Shown here: positions 28,204 to 36,784 of the stretch, piece after piece | Numbering within the stretch: the first letter of the stretch is position 1 | How the letters are laid out: each line of letters starts with the position of its first letter | From: Promethearchaeota archaeon | Lineage (GTDB): Archaea > Asgardarchaeota > Lokiarchaeia > Sigyniarchaeales > SOKP01 | Direction of reading: 5' to 3' | DNA length: 64,000 bases | Assembly (NCBI GenBank): GCA_019057795.1 | Contig: JAHLWS010000034.1 | Location: 1-64,000, forward strand | The notes under the pieces: model-generated | The model's input: the letters and a program-made list of their open reading frames with translations, nothing else | Database searches by the model: none | What the model was told of the DNA's origin: nothing | Position numbers and translations under genes: made by a program

Positions 28204-28917
28204 TTATAAAACAATAACTTTTCCATCTTTTTGTCCTATATACGCTTTAGATGTCATTCCTATGAAAAATCCTGTATCGACAACACCAGGAATTTTTAAT
28301 AACTTGTCGTTCATATCTGAGGGGCTTTCAATTAAACCGAAATCAACATCGATAATAAAATTACCATTATCGGTAACTAAAGGACCTGCTTTTGCTTGGG
28401 CCATCCTTAGTTTCGGTGTACCTCCTAATTTTTCTAACTTTTTCAAAATTGGAACATATCCAAAAGGAATGACTTCGATTGGTACTCCCTTGTTCCAATT
28501 CTCTCCTAATTTTTCTGACTTTTTACGATAATCTGCGATAATTACTAACTTTTTTGATGAATTAGCAACAATTTTCTCTTGAACTAAACACCCCCCACCT
28601 CCCTTAATTAAATTTAATTCTTTATCAATTTCATCGGCACCATCAATATCTAAGTCAATTTCAGGGTACTGATCTAAAGTAACGAGAGTAAGTCCATTTT
28701 CTACTATTAATTGACGAGACTGAAACGATGTCGGGATGCACTTCAAGTTCAAATCCTCTGCTTTATTGATCTCCGCTATTCTCTTGATGGCGTATACAAC
28801 TGTGGAGCCACTTCCAATTCCCAAAATCATGCCTTTTTTGACATTTTCCTCGACTGCTTTAAACGCAGCGTTTTTTTTGCCTATTTCAATTAGATCTTCA
28901 CTCATAAGTTTCACCAA
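28204..28917 (-). CDS. rpiA: Ribose-5-phosphate isomerase A
   Basis: GIGSGST, DGADE, IKGGGG, EKIV and TDNGN motifs. Confidence 0.95.
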   Translation of the reverse strand: MVKLMSEDLIEIGKKNAAFKAVEENVKKGMILGIGSGSTVVYAIKRIAEINKAEDLNLKCIPTSFQSRQLIVENGLTLVTLDQYPEIDLDIDGADEIDKELNLIKGGGGCLVQEKIVANSSKKLVIIADYRKKSEKLGENWNKGVPIEVIPFGYVPILKKLEKLGGTPKLRMAQAKAGPLVTDNGNFIIDVDFGLIESPSDMNDKLLKIPGVVDTGFFIGMTSKAYIGQKDGKVIVL

Positions 28918-28919
28918 GA

Positions 28920-29342
28920 TTATTTTTTTAACAAATTAAGAATTCTGATCGCCAAATAAGCAGCATTCTCGCCCCTATCTATTCCTACGCAAGCAACAGG
29001 AATCCTGGGGGGCATTTGTACGATAGACAATAACGCATCTAATCCACTTAATTTGGTACTAACGGGTACACCAATAACTGGCTTGTTAGTTTTAGATGCA
29101 ATTACACCTGGTAAAGCCGCTGACAATCCAGCGACAGCAATATATACTAAGGATTGACACGATTTTAAATAATCGTCTAATTTGTCTGGATCTCGGTGAG
29201 CAGATATAATTTGAAGTTCGTAAGTTATTTTGTTTTCTTTTAAAACATTCTCTGCTTTTTCATACACTTCTTTATCTGAAGTACTACCCGCTATTATTGA
29301 GACCAAAGTCATTTTACTTTTATCTATGTTCGTGTCTGGCAT
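28920..29342 (-). CDS. purE: PurE (N5-CAIR mutase / AIR carboxylase)
   Basis: [24 protein letters not shown] and SIVQMP motifs. Confidence 0.95.
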   Translation of the reverse strand: MPDTNIDKSKMTLVSIIAGSTSDKEVYEKAENVLKENKITYELQIISAHRDPDKLDDYLKSCQSLVYIAVAGLSAALPGVIASKTNKPVIGVPVSTKLSGLDALLSIVQMPPRIPVACVGIDRGENAAYLAIRILNLLKK

Positions 29343-29554
29343 ATTTAATCTAAATCTCCTAAAAATAAAAATAATACTAATAAAATCTTAATAATTTTTT
29401 GGATAAATTATCAAAAAGAAACATTTCATTGTTAAGGTTCAAAAACAATTTTATCGAAAACTTTAATATATTTTTAAATATTTTCATAAATGAATATCAA
29501 AAATTTATTGAAAATCAAGTAGTAAAAAATATTATAAATACGAGTGATATAAAA

Positions 29555-30892
29555 ATGGAATTAAATGAAGTATGGTTAGTAGATTACGCGCGAACTGCAT
29601 TTTCACGATCAAGACCCGCTCAACCAGAAAGAGATGTATTCGGGGAAATTAAAGGAGATGAGCTTCTTATACTCTTACTGAAAAACATGTTTGAAAATAG
29701 ATTAGCAGACAAAAGCATTGAAAAGAAGGATATAGATGAATTTACGATTGGATGTTCTTTTGGGGTAGGAGAACACTGGACTTATGGAGGTAAACTTCCT
29801 ACTTATTATGTAGGTATGGATAAAAGAACATCTTGTGTATTTTTAGATAAGGCATGTGGATCAGCAGCAGCAGGGTTTAACTTAGGATTTATGGAAATTG
29901 CAATGGGTTATAGTAAATGTGTTTTATCAACAGGTATAGAACATCTCACGCGAGTCCCTATGGGCATAACAAACCAATGGATTAAGCCCAACCTCGCAAT
30001 TGCTAGTAAAGACTCACCTTTCTATATGCCAGAATATGCACGAAAAGGTAAATACGATGTACTTGTATCAACAGATATGTTAGCTACGGCACAAAAATTA
30101 TTCGAAGAGGAAATCCCGAAATTTACAAAGGAAGATATGGATAAATTTGGAGTAAGAGCACATAATTTAACTATTAAAAGCCAAGAAGAAAAATGGTTCA
30201 CGTCAGGTGTTAATGGAGGAGAGATTATTCCAATTGAAGGCCATGTAGAGGGAAATACTGAGGAACCAATGATGGTTGATAGAGACATGGCAGCAAGAAA
30301 ATCAACTCTTGAATCTGTTGCAAAGTTAAGGTCTGTTTCCAAGCCTTTCTACATTAAAAAAACAGCATCCGGGCAAGAACTTGGTCGAAAAGGCTATATG
30401 GAATATGTAGGTAGTAAGGATGGTGTAATCACTGCAGGGAATGCTTCTCCTTTAAATGCGGGAGCTACAGCATGTGTCATGATGAATGCTAAAGAGGCTC
30501 AAAAAAGAGGTATTAATCCTTTAGCTAAAGTTGTTTCTATTGGATTTGCAGGTGTAGATCCTACAGTAATGGGACGAGGACCTGTTCCTGCCTCAAAAAT
30601 GGCGCTAGAACATGCTGGATTAACCGCTGATGATATAGATTTTTGGGAGATAAACGAAGCTTTTTGTATAGTGGCATTAAATTGCATGGATAAACTTGGT
30701 ATTCCTGAAGAAAAAGTAAATATTAAAGGAGGCTCTACTGCAATTGGTCATCCATTGGGTGCTACAATGTGCCGCTTAATCGGTACTGTATCTCGCATAC
30801 TAAAAGATAAAAACGCAAAATATGGAATAGCTAACGCGTGTTGTGGTGGCGGTCAAGGAGTAGCAGTTTTATTGGAAAATATTGATAAATAA
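29555..30892 (+). CDS. Acetyl-CoA C-acyltransferase (thiolase), paralog 1
   Basis: KACGS, NEAF, GHPLG and CCGGG motifs; start moved to ATG 29555 to match the N-terminus of paralog 2. Confidence 0.92.
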   Translation: MELNEVWLVDYARTAFSRSRPAQPERDVFGEIKGDELLILLLKNMFENRLADKSIEKKDIDEFTIGCSFGVGEHWTYGGKLPTYYVGMDKRTSCVFLDKACGSAAAGFNLGFMEIAMGYSKCVLSTGIEHLTRVPMGITNQWIKPNLAIASKDSPFYMPEYARKGKYDVLVSTDMLATAQKLFEEEIPKFTKEDMDKFGVRAHNLTIKSQEEKWFTSGVNGGEIIPIEGHVEGNTEEPMMVDRDMAARKSTLESVAKLRSVSKPFYIKKTASGQELGRKGYMEYVGSKDGVITAGNASPLNAGATACVMMNAKEAQKRGINPLAKVVSIGFAGVDPTVMGRGPVPASKMALEHAGLTADDIDFWEINEAFCIVALNCMDKLGIPEEKVNIKGGSTAIGHPLGATMCRLIGTVSRILKDKNAKYGIANACCGGGQGVAVLLENIDK

Positions 30893-30998
30893 TCAAATTT
30901 TATTTTTAACGCAACTTATATTTTTTTTATTTTATTTAAATTAATATCAATTGAACTTAATATAAAAATAATCTTAAAAATTTGAGGGAATTATAAAT

Positions 30999-32282
30999 AT
31001 GGAATTAAAAGAAGTATGGTTAATTGATTACGCGCGTACAGCGTTTTCGCGATCTAGACCTAAACAACCAGAAAGAGATGTATTTGGCGAAATTAGAGGC
31101 GACGAACTTCTTGCTAAATTGTTAATGAAATTTTTCGATGGAAAATTAGCGGATAAAGGAATCGAAAAGAAGGACATAGACGAGTTTACGGTTGGATCTG
31201 CCATGGGCGTCTGGGAGAATTGGGCTTATGGAGGTAGACTTCCAATGTTCTTAGCAGACTTTCCTTACGAAGTACCTGCTATGTTTGTAGATAGACAATG
31301 TGGATCAGCTGGTAGTGGAATGCATATTGGAATTATGGAGATTATGACGGGATATAGTAAAATTTGCATGGCTACAGGCGTTGAACACATGACTCGGGTC
31401 GATATGCAAAACAATCACATTCGCCCAAATCTGAAAATGATTAATAAAAAGAGTGAATGGTATAGACCTAAATATGATTTAATGACAACAATTAACATGT
31501 TACAAACAGCTCAGAAATTATACGAACAAGAGGTGCCTGCTTTCACTAAAGAAGATTTGGATAAATTCGGAGTGAGAGCTCATAATTTAACGATTAAAAA
31601 TCAAGAAGCAGGTTGGTTTAAAGGAGAGATTATCCCAATTGAAGGCCATGTTGGTGGTAATGTAGAAGAACCATTAATGGTAGATAAAGATATGGCCGCG
31701 AGAAAATCAACTTTAGAAAGTGTTGCAGGATTGCGAAGGTTATCAAAACCATTTTTCCTAGAGAAAAATGGAGGCAGAGCGGGCTATAAAGAGAGAGAAG
31801 GAACTTCTGAAGGAGTAATAACTGCTGGGAACTCTTCACCTCTGAATGCTGGGGCTACAGCTTGCATTGTAATGTCTGCTGAGGAAGCTAAAAAGCGAGG
31901 ACTTGAACCGATGGCTAAGATAGTTTCACTTGGATGGGCAGGAGTAGATCCTAGCGTCATGGGTCGTGGTCCTGTTCCTGCAACGGAGATGGCCTTAAAG
32001 AGCGCTGGATTAACTGCTGATGATATCGATTACTGGGAAATTAACGAAGCTTTCTGCATTGTTGCTTTAAATTGTATGAAACATTTTAATATTCCTGAAG
32101 AAAAGGTAAATGTCATGGGTGGTTCTACCGCAATTGGTCATCCGCTAGGCTCTACGATGGTAAGATTACCAGGAACTCTAGCTCGCATCCTAAAAGATAA
32201 AAAGGCTAAGTACGGCGTTGCAAACGCGTGCGTAGGTGGCGGACAAGGCGTTGCTACGTTAATTGAAAACCTCGATGCCTAA
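30999..32282 (+). CDS. Acetyl-CoA C-acyltransferase (thiolase), paralog 2
   Basis: RQCGS, NEAF, GHPLG and CVGGG motifs. Confidence 0.92.
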   Translation: MELKEVWLIDYARTAFSRSRPKQPERDVFGEIRGDELLAKLLMKFFDGKLADKGIEKKDIDEFTVGSAMGVWENWAYGGRLPMFLADFPYEVPAMFVDRQCGSAGSGMHIGIMEIMTGYSKICMATGVEHMTRVDMQNNHIRPNLKMINKKSEWYRPKYDLMTTINMLQTAQKLYEQEVPAFTKEDLDKFGVRAHNLTIKNQEAGWFKGEIIPIEGHVGGNVEEPLMVDKDMAARKSTLESVAGLRRLSKPFFLEKNGGRAGYKEREGTSEGVITAGNSSPLNAGATACIVMSAEEAKKRGLEPMAKIVSLGWAGVDPSVMGRGPVPATEMALKSAGLTADDIDYWEINEAFCIVALNCMKHFNIPEEKVNVMGGSTAIGHPLGSTMVRLPGTLARILKDKKAKYGVANACVGGGQGVATLIENLDA

Positions 32283-32481
32283 TTAAATTCTATTTTAGGT
32301 AAATTTTTCTTTTTTTTATTTTCTTACAAAATTTAGGCTTTAAATTTATTTCTCTTCTTAAAATCATATTTTAAGAATATTCTAGAAATATTTAAATATT
32401 AAACAATAACAATAACATTTAGTCTTATTATAAATTCTACAAAAAATTTCGTAACAATAAATTTTGTAAAGGTGAATTAAA

Positions 32482-32688
32482 ATTACTGTATATAAAAGTA
32501 TTCAGCTAGTTGCCACGAGCGATAAGAATTGGGCAGACGCGGTTAAGGTTGCTTATACTGAAGCAAAGAAGTCCCTTCGTGGTATTCGAAATATCCAAAT
32601 TATCGAATCTGATGTTAAGGTTAAAGAAGATCAAGATAAATTGATTTATCGGGTTCGAGTGCAAATTAATTTCCAAATCGAAAGATAA
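32482..32688 (+). CDS. Dodecin-family flavin/nucleotide-binding protein (probable ATT start)
   Basis: (I)TVYKSIQLVATSDKNWADAVKVAYTEAKKSLRGIR...YRVRVQINFQIER matches the dodecin pattern. AGGTGA lies 6 nt upstream and a poly-T tract follows. Not in the ORF track. Confidence 0.85.
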   Translation: MTVYKSIQLVATSDKNWADAVKVAYTEAKKSLRGIRNIQIIESDVKVKEDQDKLIYRVRVQINFQIER

Positions 32689-32698
32689 GATAATAAAA

Positions 32699-32711
32699 TT
32701 TTTTTTTTTTT
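32699..32711 (+). terminator. Oligo-T tract, probable archaeal terminator of the dodecin gene
   Basis: Run of about 13 T starting about 10 nt after the stop codon. Confidence 0.55.
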
Positions 32712-32823
32712 AATTTAACAACATATCTCAAATATATTTTTTTATAAAATAAAATTTTAAAAAGGTAAATAGTTTAGATTTTCATACTAACTTAATTTAA
32801 ATGTATTAAGATTGGTTATAGTT

Positions 32824-32928
32824 ATGGAAGAGTTAATAGAAACTTATGGATGGTATATTATTGCGGGGATAATTACCTTAGTTGTGTTAATCACATGTTG
32901 CAAAATCAATAGAAAACTTCTAAAATAA
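32824..32928 (+). CDS. Putative 34-aa single-pass membrane microprotein
   Basis: MEELIETYGWYIIAGIITLVVLITCCKINRKLLK: acidic N-terminus, one TM, Cys-Cys, basic tail. Confidence 0.55.
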   Translation: MEELIETYGWYIIAGIITLVVLITCCKINRKLLK

Positions 32929-32973
32929 TAGTCGCTAATAATTCGGGCGTAGTATTCGTTTAGCGCTGTTTAA

Positions 32974-33720
32974 CTAAATCCCTAAACCATTTCTATTTAG
33001 ATCGTCTATTAATTTTGGTAATAATTCTTTATTTATGTTAAGATAATCGCCGTCTAATTCAAAGTTATACTTTTGTCCCCACTCAATTAGAACTTTTATT
33101 ATAGTTTCTTTGTTTAATTTGAGTAGGTCTTGTATCATATCAACCTTAATACGTTTTGAAACGCTTAATAATGCTATTAATCGTTCAATAACGCTCATGT
33201 TTTCTTTAGGTTCGGTTTCTGTTTTATTTAGGTTATCTAATTTCTGTCTAATTGCCATAAGAGCTTGTTTAGCGTAAACAAAATCGGGATCGATTTTTAA
33301 AGCTTTTTGGTGAGCTTCTATAGCTTTTTCTAAATTTTCTCTTTCTTCGTAGATTAGACCAATGTTGTAATGGCAATGCTTATAATCCGGTTTTATAGCT
33401 ATCGCAATTTCACAAGCGTTCAACGCTTCTTCAAATAGTTCTAGGTTAAAATAGGCGATCCCTAGGTTATAATGTGCTCTATAATTATGAGGGTCAATCT
33501 CTATTATTCTTTTAAAATTTTTAATCGCTTTTTCATACTCTAAAACGTAATAATCGTTAAGGTAACCACCGTAAGCAAACAAAGCGTCAATAAGGCTTTT
33601 CTTAATTTCGAGCTCGGAGTTTTTTTTGAACAAATCCTCTAAAATTTCTATACCTTCTTCGAAAACTTCGTTATCTACTAATTCTTTTGCTTTTTCAAGA
33701 ATTTCTCTGTTGTCAGTCAA
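32974..33720 (-). CDS. TPR-repeat protein with C-terminal winged-helix (PCI-like) domain
   Basis: AHYNLGIAY and CHYNIGLIY TPRs; C-terminal SKRIKVDMIQDLLKL..LIEWG...FELDGDYLNI. Confidence 0.8.
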   Translation of the reverse strand: MTDNREILEKAKELVDNEVFEEGIEILEDLFKKNSELEIKKSLIDALFAYGGYLNDYYVLEYEKAIKNFKRIIEIDPHNYRAHYNLGIAYFNLELFEEALNACEIAIAIKPDYKHCHYNIGLIYEERENLEKAIEAHQKALKIDPDFVYAKQALMAIRQKLDNLNKTETEPKENMSVIERLIALLSVSKRIKVDMIQDLLKLNKETIIKVLIEWGQKYNFELDGDYLNINKELLPKLIDDLNRNGLGI

Positions 33721-33730
33721 TTGTTTTCAC

Positions 33731-34234
33731 TTAGATCTCATTTTCGTACCAAATATTTGGTGATTTTTTTACTCCAAGCTTCATAAAAACGCTTCTTAAG
33801 GCACCGTCTGAATCCGGACAGATGTAATACACTTTATCTAATTTAAGAGTTTTCTTTATGTATAGCTGTAGTTCTCTGATTATTTTCTCTTCAATCCCTT
33901 TTTTGTAAGAATCTTCCTTTTTAGTTAAAATTTGATGAATAATTGCTCGATCGTTGCCTAAATAATCTCTAAAAGAAGTATATGTTCCCCAACCAACAAT
34001 TTTCCCATCCTCTTTGGCAACCACCATAGAATTTCTATATTGAAGGTCTAAGACTCTTTTATTTATTTCTTGTTCGAATTTTTGCCAATGTGAGAAGAAG
34101 TAAGACTTATTTTCAATAAAATCTTCAAAAATTTCTTTAAGTTCCTCTCGATCTAATCGAGGGTCGTATCTATCGATTGTAATCATGATAGTTCTGTTAA
34201 TGATTAATGGTTTTATAACATTTTTTCTTTTCAA
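33731..34234 (-). CDS. GNAT-fold acetyltransferase-like protein (start probably at the internal Met of MITIDRY)
   Basis: VVAKEDGKIVGW and YKKGIEEKII (degenerate acetyl-CoA motif), F.KLG. Confidence 0.6.
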   Translation of the reverse strand: MKRKNVIKPLIINRTIMITIDRYDPRLDREELKEIFEDFIENKSYFFSHWQKFEQEINKRVLDLQYRNSMVVAKEDGKIVGWGTYTSFRDYLGNDRAIIHQILTKKEDSYKKGIEEKIIRELQLYIKKTLKLDKVYYICPDSDGALRSVFMKLGVKKSPNIWYENEI

Positions 34235-34293
34235 TTTTCTTTTAATTAATCTTTAATAAAAACTCTTTTTTAAGTTCTGGTATATTAGAATTT

Positions 34294-34809
34294 ATGAAAC
34301 GGACAAATGAAATAGGCAAATTGATTATACCTTTCAAAAAAACCAATAAGGACGCTACGCTTCCTATAACTTCAAAAAAAGGAGACGCTGGTGCTGACGC
34401 TCGAATCAGTGGCTTTAAACAAATTATTAATGAAAACGGTAAAAAAGAATTAATCGAGCTTGACACTAACACTTATACGCTTAAGCCACTAGAGCGAATT
34501 GGGTGCCCTTTAGGATTCGCCACTGCTATCCCCGAAGGATATTACTTTAAGGTAGTCCCCCGTAGTGGTCTCGCACTGTGGGAAGGAATATCAATCGTTA
34601 ATAGTCCTGGTACTATAGATTCTGGTTATAGAAACGAATGGATGGCTATTGTTGTTAACCTTTCAAATAAAGAAGTACAATTAAAAAAAGGAGATAGAAT
34701 ATGCCAAATAATTCTTGGAAAGTTACACGAATACGAAATTACGGAAAAGAAAGAATTACCGGATTCAGATCGAGGTTTAGGAGGTTTCGGGTCAACAGGA
34801 AAAAATTAA
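34294..34809 (+). CDS. dut: dUTP diphosphatase (trimeric)
   Basis: AGAD, PRSGLA, GTIDSGYR, GDRICQ and RGLGGFGSTG motifs. Confidence 0.95.
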   Translation: MKRTNEIGKLIIPFKKTNKDATLPITSKKGDAGADARISGFKQIINENGKKELIELDTNTYTLKPLERIGCPLGFATAIPEGYYFKVVPRSGLALWEGISIVNSPGTIDSGYRNEWMAIVVNLSNKEVQLKKGDRICQIILGKLHEYEITEKKELPDSDRGLGGFGSTGKN

Positions 34810-34913
34810 TCTGAAGATTAAAAAATCTTCTTTAAATCTCGTATAATAAAATTCAAATTCTTAGATTAATTTAATATATTATTCGTTTTCATTTAATTAG
34901 GATATTATAAAAT

Positions 34914-36437
34914 TTGGATGACAATTTGACTGAATCTAATAATTTTGAACCATATAAAGACCACTTTCTGTATAAGATATTAAATCCAAAGAGTTTAGCA
35001 ATTTTTGGAGCAAATAATAATTTATTGACAACAATGGGCTCTATGCAATTGCGTAATATTATCGCTGGTGGCGGATTTGATGGCAATATTTACCCAGTTC
35101 ATCCTAGACTGGATGAAGTTCAGGGTTATAAAGCTTATAAATTCGTAAAAGATTTACCAGTAGTACCCGATCTTGCCTTTCTTATATTACCTACAAGAGT
35201 AGTACCTCAGGTTATGGAAGAATGCGGAGAAAAGGGGATTAAAAACCTTTTAATAACTTCTGGTGGTTTCAGAGAGATTGGAAAAGATGGAATAGAACTA
35301 TCTAAAAAAATTGACGAAATTTCAAAAAAATACAATATGAGATTTGTCGGTCCTAACTGTCTTGGAATATATAATGGATGGTATGGATTTCCTGAGAAAA
35401 AGGAAGCTTATTTTAACACTTTTTGGCCTTATGCGATACCTGAACGGGGAAATATTTCGATTATAAGTCAATCAGGAACTATCGCTGCCCAAACTTTCTG
35501 GCATGCGAAAGAGATGGGTGTTAGGATTAGTAAGTCGCTTTCTGTAGGTAACGAAAGAAATATTGATATGGTAGATTTTTTAGAATATTTCAGAGACGAT
35601 CCTCAAACAGGTGTAATCGGACTTTATATAGAAGAGATAAAACGGGGAAAAGAGTTTATTAAATTGGTCAAAGAAATCACTCCAAAAAAGCCTATCGTTG
35701 CGATTTATACGGGAGGAACTAAAGCTGCAGATAGAGCGATCAAGAGTCATACAGGCTCTTTAGGTGGCAATCAAAAGATTTACGACGCAGTTTTTAAAGA
35801 TACTGGAATTATCTCTACTAATTCTATAACAGACTTCTTGTATTACTTAAGGACTTTGTCCTTTGCTCAAAAATATAACATATTTATGAAAGGTAATCGA
35901 ATAGGAATTATTACCGATTCAGGTGGTTCAGGTTCTATGATGACGAAATCATCCGAGTTATATGGTTTAGAGGTGCCCGAATTTTCTAAACAACTAAAAG
36001 ATGAGCTTTCCGAATTAATACCTTTTACTGCAAGCGCTAACAACCCTATTGATGTTACTTTCGATGTGAATTTTTTAAACATATTTTACAAATTTCCAAA
36101 GATGTTAATGAAATCGGGAGAAGTTGATTCAATAATTATTTGGGGCGTTTTTGATTTCGACGATGTGATAGAAACAATTGAAAAATCAGGGATGGTCGTT
36201 GACGAGAATGTGAGAAATATGGGCCTCATGTTAGATAGGGCTATTATAAAACCAATTAAGCGTCTAATGAAAAAATATTCCATTCCTGTTTATTTTAGTG
36301 GACCATTTCCATATAGATTTTCTTGGTTTCAAAAATTTCTGTCCTACGATATACCCATTTTTGATTTGTGGGATGCTCCACCTAAATGTTTAAAAATTCT
36401 GTATGAGTATTCAGAATATCGTAAAAAACATCAATAA
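34914..36437 (+). CDS. ADP-forming acyl-CoA synthetase, alpha subunit (CoA-binding)
   Basis: PKSLAIFGA, GPNCLG, SQSG, SHTGSL phospho-His and NPIDVT motifs. Confidence 0.85.
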   Translation: MDDNLTESNNFEPYKDHFLYKILNPKSLAIFGANNNLLTTMGSMQLRNIIAGGGFDGNIYPVHPRLDEVQGYKAYKFVKDLPVVPDLAFLILPTRVVPQVMEECGEKGIKNLLITSGGFREIGKDGIELSKKIDEISKKYNMRFVGPNCLGIYNGWYGFPEKKEAYFNTFWPYAIPERGNISIISQSGTIAAQTFWHAKEMGVRISKSLSVGNERNIDMVDFLEYFRDDPQTGVIGLYIEEIKRGKEFIKLVKEITPKKPIVAIYTGGTKAADRAIKSHTGSLGGNQKIYDAVFKDTGIISTNSITDFLYYLRTLSFAQKYNIFMKGNRIGIITDSGGSGSMMTKSSELYGLEVPEFSKQLKDELSELIPFTASANNPIDVTFDVNFLNIFYKFPKMLMKSGEVDSIIIWGVFDFDDVIETIEKSGMVVDENVRNMGLMLDRAIIKPIKRLMKKYSIPVYFSGPFPYRFSWFQKFLSYDIPIFDLWDAPPKCLKILYEYSEYRKKHQ

Positions 36438-36460
36438 TTAAATTCTTCTTTAATCTTATT

Positions 36461-36640
36461 TTACATGTTATATCCTTGCTTATATACAAGGCTTTTAATT
36501 CCTGCATTAATAATTAATTGTGCAATGATTAAATCCATGAGGAGAACCATTATACCCCATAGAGAGAATGTGAGAATCCTTGATTAATACAACACCAACC
36601 TTTTTTTTGATGCAAGTACTTTTTTATTATAGCAACTTCT
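36461..36640 (-). pseudogene. dCMP deaminase (ComEB-like) remnant with internal deletion
   Basis: STCIKKKVGVVLIKDSHILSMGYNGSPHGFNHC joined out of frame to AQLIINAGIKSLVY; HAE and PCxxC motifs missing; no start codon. Confidence 0.75.
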
Positions 36641-36784
36641 TATTTTTAATGTAAAAATGTTTTACAATCTAAGATAATAGAACGAACATTACGAATTAAA
36701 CGAAAATTAAAAAATACGAAATATATTAATTTTATAACTAAAAAAAATAAGACTATTGTAAAAGCGTAAAACTATTTAAGAACC

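Noticed and set aside
29399-29554. 52-aa N-terminal extension of thiolase 1 in the ORF track
   Set aside because: AT-rich promoter-like DNA; the paralog begins at the equivalent of ATG 29555
32461-32481. Selenocysteine readthrough of the TGA upstream of dodecin
   Set aside because: An in-frame TAA lies two codons earlier and the TGA is part of the SD-like AGGTGA; no Sec-type in-frame TGA was noticed in any gene here
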